The translations under genes were made by a program, and so were the position numbers. Of a DNA stretch of 64,000 nucleotides, positions 28,307 through 37,323 are shown in pieces (the stretch's first letter is position 1; every line of letters begins with the position of its first letter). Source of the stretch: an uncultured Actinomycetota bacterium (GTDB lineage: Bacteria > Actinomycetota > Thermoleophilia > Solirubrobacterales > Solirubrobacteraceae). A model generated the notes under the pieces. The model was not told the origin of the DNA. It was given only the letters and a program-made list of their open reading frames with translations, and searched no databases. The stretch spans positions 1,928,503 through 1,992,502 of the forward strand of contig CAWBNT010000001.1 of assembly GCA_963790265.1 (NCBI GenBank). The letters are read 5' to 3'.

Positions 28307-28804
28307 TCAGCGCTCGCACTCTTCCTGCAACCGTACCGCGACCTCCGCCGGGACCAGATCGTCGATCCGGCCGCCGAAGGTCGCAAGCTCCTTCACGCCG
28401 CTTGATGAAAGGAAACTGTACTCGGAGCTTGCCATCAGGTAGACCGACTCGACCTCGGGGGCCTGCCGGCGGTTGAGCTGATGCATCTCGAGCTCGTACT
28501 CGAAGTCGGAGATCGCGCGCAGGCCCTTGACGATCGCCGTGGCTCCCACGCTCCTTGCGAAGTCCACGACGAGCGTCGTGAAGGGCTCCACGCGCACGCC
28601 GGGAAGGCCGGCGGTCGCGCGTTCGATGAAGCCGACGCGTTCCTCGGTGGAGAAGAGCGTGCCGCTCTTTCTGACCGAGCGATTGACGACCGCGACGATC
28701 ACCTCGTCGAAGAGATCGGCGGTACGGCGGATCACATCGAGGTGCCCGTTCGTGACCGGGTCGTAGGACCCCGGACAGACCGCTATCGCCTTCTCAATGC
28801 TCAT
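28307..28804 (-). CDS. coaD: Phosphopantetheine adenylyltransferase
   Basis: CPGSYDPVTNGH, KGLRAISDFEYE, SSSGVKE. Confidence 0.97.
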   Translation of the reverse strand: MSIEKAIAVCPGSYDPVTNGHLDVIRRTADLFDEVIVAVVNRSVRKSGTLFSTEERVGFIERATAGLPGVRVEPFTTLVVDFARSVGATAIVKGLRAISDFEYELEMHQLNRRQAPEVESVYLMASSEYSFLSSSGVKELATFGGRIDDLVPAEVAVRLQEECER

Positions 28805-29354
28805 CGCTGCCGTGGATTGTTATCGAAGTGTCTCCGTATCGGCGTTGCCGCCTCACCGGCAGGCCGACCGCGAGCGGCGCGCGGCGGTCGCTCTCGACGA
28901 CAACCAGACCCTCGGGACGCAGCACCTGCGGCAGCGCCTGCGCAAGCCTTGGCCCCCACTCGTCGGCCTGCGCATAGGGCGGGTCCAGCAAGACCAGATC
29001 GTATGCCTCGCCGTCCATCGCGGCCTGGTGCAGCACGGCGAAGGCGTCGCGGGCGCGCACCTGCACCTGTGGCTCCCCGCCCTCCGCGCCAAGCCCGAGC
29101 GCGGACAGGTTCGCGCGCAGGCAGGCGAGCGCGAGCCTGTCGCGCTCCACGAACACGACCTCCGCCGCGCCCCTGGAGAGAGCCTCGATGCCAAGCGCCC
29201 CGGTGCCCGCGAACAGGTCGAGCACGCTTGCCCCCTCCAGGGCGCCGAGCATCGAGAACAGCGCCTCTCTGACGCGGTCGGCGGTCGGCCGGGTGGCCGA
29301 GCCGCGCGGAGCGCGAAGGCGCCGCCCGCCGAAGCGGCCGGCGATCACCCGCAT
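28794..29354 (-). CDS. rsmD: 16S rRNA m2G966 methyltransferase
   Basis: MRVIAG, TRPT.DRVREALF, LDLFAGTGALGIEALSRGA, DPPY. Confidence 0.96.
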   Translation of the reverse strand: MRVIAGRFGGRRLRAPRGSATRPTADRVREALFSMLGALEGASVLDLFAGTGALGIEALSRGAAEVVFVERDRLALACLRANLSALGLGAEGGEPQVQVRARDAFAVLHQAAMDGEAYDLVLLDPPYAQADEWGPRLAQALPQVLRPEGLVVVESDRRAPLAVGLPVRRQRRYGDTSITIHGSDEH

Positions 29355-29370
29355 GCCGGGAGCGCGAGCC

Positions 29371-31536
29371 TCATGCGGGAATCGACTTCAGGGCGTCGCG
29401 CAGCAGCACGTGCTCGGGCGCGGCGAGGTTTGGGTCTGCGGCCAGCAGCCTTCCCGCCCATGCGTGGGCGGCCTCGAGCAGCGGCGTGTCCTGCGGCAGG
29501 CGGGCGACCTTCATCTCGCGCTGCCCGCTCTGGCGCACGCCCTGCCCGGCGTCCTGCAGGTCGCCCTCGCCGCGCAGGTGCAGGTCGATCTCCGCCAGGG
29601 CGAAGCCGTCGTTGTGCCTGGCAAGCGCCTGCAGCCGCCGTGAGCCCTTCGCGCCGAACAGCAGGCACAGCGAGGCGTGGCCACCACGGCCGACGCGGCC
29701 CCGCAGCTGGTGCAGCTGGGAGATCCCGTAGCGGTCGGCGTCCTCGATCAGCATCACGGTCGCATTGGGCACGTCGATCCCGACCTCGATCACGGTCGTG
29801 GCCACGAGCACGTCGCTCTCCCCGGCGGCGAAGGCGGCCATCGCCGCCTGCTTCTCCTGGGGGCGCATCTGGCCGTGCAGCAGCCCAAGCATGAAGCCCG
29901 CAAGCTCGCCGGCCGCCAGGCGCGCGTGCTCGGCCGTCGCCGCCCTTGCCTCCAACTGCTCCGATTCAGCGACGAGCGGGCAGACGACGAACGCCTGGCG
30001 GCCGGCCCGCAGCTCTTCCCGGATGCGCTCGTAGGCACGCGCACGCTCGGCGGAGCTGGAGGCCACGTGCGTGGCGATCGGCTTGCGGCCCTTGGGCAGC
30101 TGCGTCAGGCGCGTCTGGTCCAGATCGCCGTAATGGGCCAGCCACAGCGTCCTCGGGATCGGCGTAGCGGTCATGTGCAGGACGTGGGGCTGGGGCTCGC
30201 GCGCGGCAAGGGCGGCGCGCTGGGCCACGCCGAAGCGGTGCTGCTCATCCACCACCACGACGGCCAGGCGCGCGAACTCAACGTCGCCCTCGATCAGGGC
30301 GTGGGTGCCGACCACGAGCTGCAGCTGCCCGGATGCAAGCTTGCCGAGCGCGTCCCGGCGCCTGGCCGCGGTGGTGGACCCAGTCAGCAGCGCCGAGGCG
30401 ATCAGGCCCTCGGGGGCGAGCGCCTGAAGCGTGGCGAAGTGCTGTTCGGCGAGCGTCTCGGTCGGCGCCATCAGCGCCGCCTGCATCCCGTGCTCGACGG
30501 CTCTGAGCATCGCGTGCAGCGCGACCACCGTCTTGCCGGAGCCCACCTCTCCCATCAGCAGCCGCTGCATCGGCTGCGTGCGGGCGAGGTCCTCGTCGAT
30601 CGCCGCGATCGCCGCGAGCTGGTCGGCCGTCAGCTCGAAGGGCAGGCTCCGGCTGCGCCAGCGCTCGGTCAGCTCCGGCGGCTGGTCAAGCGCGGGCGCC
30701 CTGGCCCCGCCGTGCAGCGCGCGCCGCCGGCGCAAGGCCAGCTGGGCGAGCAGCAGCTCCTCGAAGGCAAGGCGCCTGCGCCCCGCCTCCTGCTCGGCCG
30801 GATCGCCCGGAAAGTGCATAGCCGCAAGCGCCGCGGCGCGATCGGGTAGGCCCTGCGCGGCTCTGAGCCTGCCCGGCAGCGGCTCTGGCACCTCAGCGAT
30901 CGCCGACCGGTGGCTCTGGACGAGCGTAAGCATCTGTGTCGAGGAGACGCCTTCTGTCACGGGGTAGTGCGCGACCGCTGCGTCGCTCTCGGCGCCCGCG
31001 GGCGCCTGCTCGCTCTCCGGTGCTAGCGCATGATGAGCGACGGAGAAGCCCCTGCGCGGCCGCAGCGAACCGTGCAGCAGCAGCCTCGTGCCCTCTCCAT
31101 AGCGGTCGGCCAGCCAGGGCTGGTTGTAGAAGGTCGCCGAGATCGCGCCGCTGTGATCGAAGACGTTGGCCTCGACGAGCGTGAGCTTGCCGCCACCGCG
31201 ACGCCTGATCGTGCGGCGCTTGACCGAGCCCACCTGCACCGCGATCGTCGCCTGCTCGCCGACCTTCAGAGTCGCGACGGTGCGGCTTGCCCGCAGCTCT
31301 CGGGGAAGGTGCTCCAGCAGGTCGCTGACCGTGCCGATCCCGAGCGCCTGCAACGCCCCGGCGAGCTTTGGCGAGGACTCCTGCAGCGGGCGCTGCAGCT
31401 GCGAGGGCCGCGGCGAGCGCACCCCCGCGCTCAGCAACTCCTCACGGCGCGGCGGCCCGCCAGAGAAAAGGCCGCGAGGCGCCTGCCCCGCTTCGAGGTC
31501 CGAGGTCAGCTCGGTGGCTTGCGTGGCTGCGCGCAT
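29371..31536 (-). CDS. recG: ATP-dependent DNA helicase RecG
   Basis: GEVGSGKT, DEQHRFG, MTATPIPRT, QLHQLRGRVGR. Confidence 0.96.
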   Translation of the reverse strand: MRAATQATELTSDLEAGQAPRGLFSGGPPRREELLSAGVRSPRPSQLQRPLQESSPKLAGALQALGIGTVSDLLEHLPRELRASRTVATLKVGEQATIAVQVGSVKRRTIRRRGGGKLTLVEANVFDHSGAISATFYNQPWLADRYGEGTRLLLHGSLRPRRGFSVAHHALAPESEQAPAGAESDAAVAHYPVTEGVSSTQMLTLVQSHRSAIAEVPEPLPGRLRAAQGLPDRAAALAAMHFPGDPAEQEAGRRRLAFEELLLAQLALRRRRALHGGARAPALDQPPELTERWRSRSLPFELTADQLAAIAAIDEDLARTQPMQRLLMGEVGSGKTVVALHAMLRAVEHGMQAALMAPTETLAEQHFATLQALAPEGLIASALLTGSTTAARRRDALGKLASGQLQLVVGTHALIEGDVEFARLAVVVVDEQHRFGVAQRAALAAREPQPHVLHMTATPIPRTLWLAHYGDLDQTRLTQLPKGRKPIATHVASSSAERARAYERIREELRAGRQAFVVCPLVAESEQLEARAATAEHARLAAGELAGFMLGLLHGQMRPQEKQAAMAAFAAGESDVLVATTVIEVGIDVPNATVMLIEDADRYGISQLHQLRGRVGRGGHASLCLLFGAKGSRRLQALARHNDGFALAEIDLHLRGEGDLQDAGQGVRQSGQREMKVARLPQDTPLLEAAHAWAGRLLAADPNLAAPEHVLLRDALKSIPA

Positions 31537-31566
31537 GGCAACCCATGATGATGCGCGTCGCGGTCG

Positions 31567-33306
31567 CTACTCGGCGGAGAGCAGCCACCAGTAGGCGGGC
31601 TGGCCGCCCTCGCGCAGCTCCAGCTCCGCCTCGATGCTGCCGTCAACGATCGCTTCGATCTGGTCGGGGCCAAGCGGGGCGCCCTGCCCTGAGAGCACGC
31701 TGACAAGCTCCGCCTCCTGCGCGAGCCGCTCGATCACGCTCAGCAGCGTCCGATCCGGCTCGCCCCACGCGATCACCTCGCCGTCCAGGAAGCCGACCGC
31801 CTGCCCACGCTCGAAGCGCCCCTGGGCATCGTCGCGTGCGGCGGGGGCGACCGCGCCGATGCGCAAAGCCTCGACCGCGGCGCTCATCGCAGCCGCGTTC
31901 TCCCGCACGCCGCGGTCCGGCATCAGCGCGACCGCAGCGGCCAGCGAGGCCTGCTGGCTGAGCGCCGGCACGACGAGCACCTGCTTGTCGGAGAGCTCAG
32001 CGGCGCGCTCGGCGGCCATCACGACGTTGCGGCTGCCGGGCAGCACGACAACCTCCTCGGCCTGGATCTCGTGGATGCCGGCGAGCAGCTCATAGGTGGA
32101 TGGGTTGAGCGTCGGGCCGCCGTCGATCACGTCCGTGCCGAGCTCTGCGAACAGGCGCATGAGCCCGGCCCCGGCGGTGACCACGAGCGCGCCGCAGCGC
32201 ATCCGCACGGCGCCCGCGCCGTTCACGCCGCCCGCCGGGCTCGCCACGCCGTTCTGCTCGGCGAAGCTCGGCAGCGGCAGCTGGTGCTCTGAGCCCTCCT
32301 GGCCGGCGATGCGCTGCTCGCGCTCTGCGACCTGCAGGTGCATGTCCGCCACGTCGAAGTGGGAGACCTCACCTGCTCCCGTAAAGAGCGCGGCGGCCTG
32401 CTCGGGCTCGTCGGTGTGGACGTGGACCTTGAGCGTCGTTGAGTCTCCGACGACGAGCACCGAGTCGCCGATCCGCTCCAGCGGCTCGATGAAGGCAGCG
32501 GGGCGCAGCTCGGCGCCGGTGACGGCGAAGTTGGTGCAGTAGCGGTAGGTGCTTGAGCTGTGCTCCGGGTGGGTGATGCGAGCGGGCGCGTGGTGCTCCA
32601 GCTCCGGCGGGTCCTCGCCGCGCAGCGCCGCAACCACTCCGGCGAAGACGATCGTAAGGCCATAGCCGCCGGCGTCCACGACACCCGCTTCGCGCAGCGC
32701 GGCAAGCATCTCCGGGCCGCGCTTGACGGCCTCCTGGCCGGCGACCACCCCGCGCTCCAGGGTGTCCGCGATCACCCGGTCCTGTACCGCTGGGGCGGTC
32801 TCCGACTCCAGGCGCGTGCTGCCGGCGGTGTGCGCGACGTCGCTTGCGATCATCCGCGCCATCTCGCGCGCCACGGTGAGGATCGTGCCCTCGGCGGGCT
32901 CGCGCACCGAGGAGTAGGCCTTGTCCGCGGCGTTGGCGATCGCGGCGCCGATCAGCGTGGCGTCCACGAGCTCGCCGGGCCGGGAGACGAGCTCCTCGGC
33001 GGCGCCCCTGATCAGCTGGGAGAGGATCACGCCGGAGTTGCCGCGGGCACCGAGCAGCGCGGCCCTTGCGACCGACTCGACGATCTCCGGGCGCCCGATC
33101 TCGTCGATCGTGCTTGTGCCGTAGCGCTCTTGCAGCCGGTCGAGCTCGGCAAGGACGGCCCGCAGCGTGAGCGCCATGTTGTCGCCGGTGTCGCCGTCAG
33201 CGACGGGAAAGACGTTGAGGTCGTTGACCTCCTGCCGGCGCGACTCCAGATGCGCGAGGCCTCCGGCCACGGCGGCGCGGAAGCGAGCGAGGTCGCTGTC
33301 GTTCAC
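31567..33306 (-). CDS. DAK2-domain fatty acid kinase (FakA/YloV-like)
   Basis: LNVFPVADGDTGDNM, GARGNSGVILSQ, EGTILTV, VVDAGG, KVHVHT. Confidence 0.93.
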   Translation of the reverse strand: MNDSDLARFRAAVAGGLAHLESRRQEVNDLNVFPVADGDTGDNMALTLRAVLAELDRLQERYGTSTIDEIGRPEIVESVARAALLGARGNSGVILSQLIRGAAEELVSRPGELVDATLIGAAIANAADKAYSSVREPAEGTILTVAREMARMIASDVAHTAGSTRLESETAPAVQDRVIADTLERGVVAGQEAVKRGPEMLAALREAGVVDAGGYGLTIVFAGVVAALRGEDPPELEHHAPARITHPEHSSSTYRYCTNFAVTGAELRPAAFIEPLERIGDSVLVVGDSTTLKVHVHTDEPEQAAALFTGAGEVSHFDVADMHLQVAEREQRIAGQEGSEHQLPLPSFAEQNGVASPAGGVNGAGAVRMRCGALVVTAGAGLMRLFAELGTDVIDGGPTLNPSTYELLAGIHEIQAEEVVVLPGSRNVVMAAERAAELSDKQVLVVPALSQQASLAAAVALMPDRGVRENAAAMSAAVEALRIGAVAPAARDDAQGRFERGQAVGFLDGEVIAWGEPDRTLLSVIERLAQEAELVSVLSGQGAPLGPDQIEAIVDGSIEAELELREGGQPAYWWLLSAE

Positions 33307-33316
33307 GAGCCGGCCG

Positions 33317-33508
33317 TCAGGCGGCCTTGACGACCTTGCCGGCCTTCAGGCAGCGGGTGCATACGTATACGCGTTTCGGCGCCTTGCCGACGAGGATCCG
33401 CACCTTCTGCAGGTTGGGATCGAAGCGCCGCTTGGTGGCGACCATCGAGTGGCTCCTGCTCTGACCGAACGCGGGGCGCTTGCCGCAGCTGTGACATACC
33501 TTTGCCAT
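33317..33508 (-). CDS. rpmB: 50S ribosomal protein L28
   Basis: CHSCGK...SHS...[10 protein letters not shown]...CTRCLK. Confidence 0.96.
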   Translation of the reverse strand: MAKVCHSCGKRPAFGQSRSHSMVATKRRFDPNLQKVRILVGKAPKRVYVCTRCLKAGKVVKAA

Positions 33509-33520
33509 AGGCGCGTGAGT

Positions 33521-33976
33521 CTAGCCGAGCGCGGGCGCGGGCGCCGTGAGCTCGCGCCGCAGCATTGCCATCCGCAAGGTCGCCTGTGCGGCATGGGCGC
33601 CCTGGTCGCGCTTGCCGCCGCCGGCACGCGCGAGCGCCTGCTCCATCGTCTCGCAGGTCAGCACCCCGAAGGCACAGGGGACGTGGGTGCGCAGGCCGAC
33701 CTCCTGGATGCCCCTCGCGGCCTCGGCGCAGACGTAGTCGTAGTGGTCGGTCTGGCCGCGGATCACCGCCCCCAGGCAGGCGACCCCTTCGAAGCGCCCG
33801 CTGGCGGCGGCGTAGGAGGCTGCCAGCGGCAGCTCGAAGGCGCCGGGCACATCGAAGACCTCGAAGCTCGCACCCGCCTGCTCGTAGGCGGCGCTCGCGC
33901 CGGCGATCAGCCGTTGCGCCAGATCCTCGTAGAAGCGCCCGACGACGATCGCGAAGCGCCCTGGCTCGGCGCTCAC
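33521..33976 (-). CDS. ribH: 6,7-dimethyl-8-ribityllumazine synthase
   Basis: VPGAFELP, LGAVIRGQTDHYDYV, FGVLT. Confidence 0.96.
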   Translation of the reverse strand: MSAEPGRFAIVVGRFYEDLAQRLIAGASAAYEQAGASFEVFDVPGAFELPLAASYAAASGRFEGVACLGAVIRGQTDHYDYVCAEAARGIQEVGLRTHVPCAFGVLTCETMEQALARAGGGKRDQGAHAAQATLRMAMLRRELTAPAPALG

Positions 33977-35295
33977 CGCTGCTCGCGCTCCTCGCGGTCG
34001 CGCTCGCGCTCGCTGTGCAGCAACTCCGCATCGAGGTTGAGACCCTGGTGGTGCAGGGTGTGGCCCATCCGCTGGGCCTTCGTGCGCAGGTAGTCGGCGT
34101 TGTGCTCGTTGGGGGCATGCTCGATCGGGACCTGGGCGCTGACGGACAACCCGTATCCCTCCAGGCCGCGGATCTTCTTCGGGTTGTTCGTGAGGATCCT
34201 GATCGATGAGAGCCCGAGGTCGGAGAGGATCTGCGCTCCAATGCCGTAGTCGCGCAGGTCGGCGGGCAGCCCGAGGCGCTCGTTTGCCTCAACGGTGTCA
34301 AAGCCGTCCTCCTGCAGGCGGTATGCACGCAGCTTGTTGAGCAGGCCGATCCCCCTGCCCTCTTGGGAGAGGTAGAGCAGCACGCCCTCCCCCTCCTGCT
34401 CGATCATCGAGAGTGCCGAGGCCAGCTGCTCGCCGCAGTCGCAGCGCAGCGAGTGGAAGACGTCGCCGGTCAGGCACTCCGAGTGGACCCTGACCAGAAC
34501 GTCCTCTTTGCCGACGACGTCGCCCTTGACCAACGCGATGTGGTGCTTCTCGTCCACCAGCGAGCGGTAGCCGATCGCCTCGAACTCGCCGAAGGTGGTC
34601 GGCAGCCGCGTGGCCACCACGCGCTCCACCAGGCGGTCGTTGCGGCGGCGATAGGCGATCAGCTCGGCGATCGTGATCATCTTCAGGCCGTGCTTTGCGC
34701 AGTAGCCCTCCAGTTCTCCGACGCGCGCCATCGAGCCGTCCTCGTTCATCACCTCGCAGATCACCCCGGCCGGGATCAGGCCCGCCAGCCGCGCCAGGTC
34801 GACGCTCGCCTCGGTGTGCCCGGTGCGCTCCAGCACGCCTCCGGCCTTCGCCTTCAGCGGGTTGACATGGCCTGGCTGGACCAGATCCTCCGGCCGCGTG
34901 CCGGGGTCGATCGCGACCTGCATCGTGTGTGCCCGGTCGTGGGCGGAGACGCCGGTCGTGACGCCGTGGCGCGCCTCGATCGTGACCGTGAAGGGCGTCT
35001 GCAGCGCCGACTCGTTCTTGGCGGTCATCAGCTCCAGGCCGAGCTCGTCGCAGCGCCGGGGGCTCAGCGCCAGGCAGATCCAGCCGCGCGCCTCCTTGGC
35101 CATGAAGTTGATCGCCTCCGGCGTGACGAACTGGGCAGCCATCACCAAGTCGCCCTCGTTCTCGCGGTCCTCGTCGTCGCAGACGACGACCATCTTGCCC
35201 TGCCTGATCTCCTCGATCGCCTCCTCCACGCCGACGAAGGGGCTGTTCGCACTGCGACCGGCGGAGCCGGTCTGGTGATCGTGTGTCGCGCTCAT
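33973..35295 (-). CDS. ribBA: Bifunctional DHBP synthase / GTP cyclohydrolase II
   Basis: DDEDRENEGD, GHTEA, RVHSECLTGD...RCDC, QEGRGIGL, LTNNP. Confidence 0.97.
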   Translation of the reverse strand: MSATHDHQTGSAGRSANSPFVGVEEAIEEIRQGKMVVVCDDEDRENEGDLVMAAQFVTPEAINFMAKEARGWICLALSPRRCDELGLELMTAKNESALQTPFTVTIEARHGVTTGVSAHDRAHTMQVAIDPGTRPEDLVQPGHVNPLKAKAGGVLERTGHTEASVDLARLAGLIPAGVICEVMNEDGSMARVGELEGYCAKHGLKMITIAELIAYRRRNDRLVERVVATRLPTTFGEFEAIGYRSLVDEKHHIALVKGDVVGKEDVLVRVHSECLTGDVFHSLRCDCGEQLASALSMIEQEGEGVLLYLSQEGRGIGLLNKLRAYRLQEDGFDTVEANERLGLPADLRDYGIGAQILSDLGLSSIRILTNNPKKIRGLEGYGLSVSAQVPIEHAPNEHNADYLRTKAQRMGHTLHHQGLNLDAELLHSERERDREEREQR

Positions 35296-35891
35296 CCTCC
35301 CGTAAGGGTAGACGCCAGCAGCCGCTCGACGTGCTTTGCGAGCACGTCAACCTCGACGTTGACCGTCTCGCCAGGCTGCGCGGCGCCGAGCGTGGTGCGC
35401 TGCAACGTCTCTGGAATCAGAGATACAGACAGGCGAGATCCCTCCAGTGCGCTGATCGTGAGGCTCACGCCATCGAGCGCGACCGAGCCCTTCAGCACGA
35501 CGTGGCGAACCAGATCGGGCGGCAACTGCACGCTCACCACGCGTGAGAAGCCGTCCTGCTCGACCGACTCGACCCGCGCCACACCATCGACGTGGCCCTG
35601 GACGATGTGGCCGCCGAGCCGGTCGCCCACCCGCAGCGGCAGCTCGAGGTTCACGCGCGAGCCCTCGCGCAGGCTTGCCAGCGAGGAGCGCCGCAGCGTC
35701 TCGGCGATCGCCTGCGCCCTGAACCGGCCGTCGTCGAGCGCCGTCGCGGTCAGGCAGACGCCGTTGACGGCGATCGAGTCGCCGAGCGCCAGCTCGCTCG
35801 CCAACGAGGTGGCGATCTCGAGCTCCGCGCCCTGCTTGTCGCGCTCGCAGACCGTCACCTCGCCGAGGTCGGCGATCAGGCCCGTGAACAT
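35292..35891 (-). CDS. ribE: Riboflavin synthase alpha chain
   Basis: MFTGLI, GDSIAVNGVCLT, GGHIVQGHVD, VNVEVD. Confidence 0.96.
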   Translation of the reverse strand: MFTGLIADLGEVTVCERDKQGAELEIATSLASELALGDSIAVNGVCLTATALDDGRFRAQAIAETLRRSSLASLREGSRVNLELPLRVGDRLGGHIVQGHVDGVARVESVEQDGFSRVVSVQLPPDLVRHVVLKGSVALDGVSLTISALEGSRLSVSLIPETLQRTTLGAAQPGETVNVEVDVLAKHVERLLASTLTGG

Positions 35892-35923
35892 CTCGCCTGC
35901 CCGCCGGGGGCCCGCATCGCGCC

Positions 35924-37057
35924 TCACCACTCCCGCAGGCGCGCGGAGATCATCAGGTCCTCGCCCACGCGCTCGCATTCAAGCGTCAGCGCGCGCATCG
36001 CGTCTGAGATCTTCTCCACGCCCTCGCCCTCCAACGGGTCGCGCGCGGTACGCCCGCCGAGCAGCACCGGCGCCAGGAAGAGCCTGACCTCGTCGATCTC
36101 CCCCGCGTCCAGGAACGCGCCGGCAAGGTGCGGCCCGCCCTCCAGCAGCGCCGAGGTGATCCCCATCGCGCCGAGCTGGTCCAGCGCGTTGCGGATCCGG
36201 GCGGGCTCGTTCTCCCCAGCGGCGACCACGACATGCGCGCCGCCGGCCTCGAGCGCGTCTGTGGCGGCGCGCCCGGCGGCCCTGGAGACCACGACGGTGA
36301 GCGGGATCGCCGGCGCGTCGGCGATCAGCCGCGAATCGGTCGGCATGCGCGCGAGCGAGTCGAAGACCACGCGCTGCGGCTGGCGCTCGTCCGCGGCCTG
36401 ACTGCCCTGCGGGCGAGCCGTCAGCTGCGGGTCGTCGGCGAGCACCGTCCCAATCCCCACGATCACCGCATCCAGCGCGAGCCGCCAGGCGTGAGCCAGC
36501 TCGCGGCTCTCGGCGCCACTGATCCACTGCGAGTCGCCTGCTCTGGTGGCGACCTTGCCGTCGAGGGTCATGGCGGACTTGAAGAGCACCCAAGGGCGCC
36601 CCGCGCGGGCGTGCTTGCGGAAGGGCTGGTTGAGCAGCCGGGCGTCCTTGGAGAGCTCGCCCTCGGCGAGCACGACATCGACGCCCTCGTCGCGCAGGAT
36701 GCCAAGGCCGCGACCGGAGGCCTTCTCGGTCGGATCCTCGGAGGCGACGACGACCCGTCGTATCCCCGCGGCGAGGATCGCCTCGGTGCAGGGCGGGGTC
36801 CTGCCGGTGTGGCAGCAGGGCTCCAGCGAGACGTAGAGCGTGGCCTGCGAGAGGTCGCTCTGCCCGCAGGCCGCGATCGCCTGCACCTCGGCGTGCTCTG
36901 CGCCAAGCCGCACATGCCATCCCTCCCCGATCACGCGATCGCCCTGGGCGATCACCGCCCCGACCATCGGGTTGGGCGTGACCACACCCTTGCCGCGCGC
37001 TGCGATCTCGATCGCGCGCGCGAGGTGGACGCGGTCTGTGTCTGTCGTGGAAGTCAT
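35924..37057 (-). CDS. ribD: Bifunctional diaminohydroxyphosphoribosylaminopyrimidine deaminase/reductase
   Basis: PNPMVGAVI, HAE, SLEPCCH.GRTPPC, TLDGK, LLEGG. Confidence 0.96.
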   Translation of the reverse strand: MTSTTDTDRVHLARAIEIAARGKGVVTPNPMVGAVIAQGDRVIGEGWHVRLGAEHAEVQAIAACGQSDLSQATLYVSLEPCCHTGRTPPCTEAILAAGIRRVVVASEDPTEKASGRGLGILRDEGVDVVLAEGELSKDARLLNQPFRKHARAGRPWVLFKSAMTLDGKVATRAGDSQWISGAESRELAHAWRLALDAVIVGIGTVLADDPQLTARPQGSQAADERQPQRVVFDSLARMPTDSRLIADAPAIPLTVVVSRAAGRAATDALEAGGAHVVVAAGENEPARIRNALDQLGAMGITSALLEGGPHLAGAFLDAGEIDEVRLFLAPVLLGGRTARDPLEGEGVEKISDAMRALTLECERVGEDLMISARLREW

Positions 37058-37066
37058 TGCGCAAAG

Positions 37067-37190
37067 CAAGGATAACGTCGGCTTCGGAGCAGACGAAAGG
37101 GTTCGGGCGGAGCTCTCCGGCATGCCGTCACCAGGCTCTTCGGGTCAGGCAAAAACATCGGCCTGCTTGCCGTACTCACCGCAACCCCTG
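37067..37190 (-). ncRNA. Candidate 6S-like structured RNA directly upstream of ribD
   Basis: Long irregular hairpin with a central bubble, with GCCGAU and CCGCCCGAACC segments resembling conserved 6S motifs; lacks the FMN riboswitch core. Confidence 0.45.
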
Positions 37191-37323
37191 GTCGGTTAGG
37201 GTGTCTTATGCGCCGCGTAGCCTCTGTGGGCGGCGCAACGTCTGCCCGCCCGCCGGCAGGCGGCTGGCCACTGCGAGCACGTCCGCGCTCTTGGAAAAGC
37301 AACCGTTTGAAATCGAGGTGTCC

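Noticed and set aside
37058-37215. Canonical FMN riboswitch
   Set aside because: Expected by position, but the key conserved segments are absent; reported instead as a 6S-like candidate.
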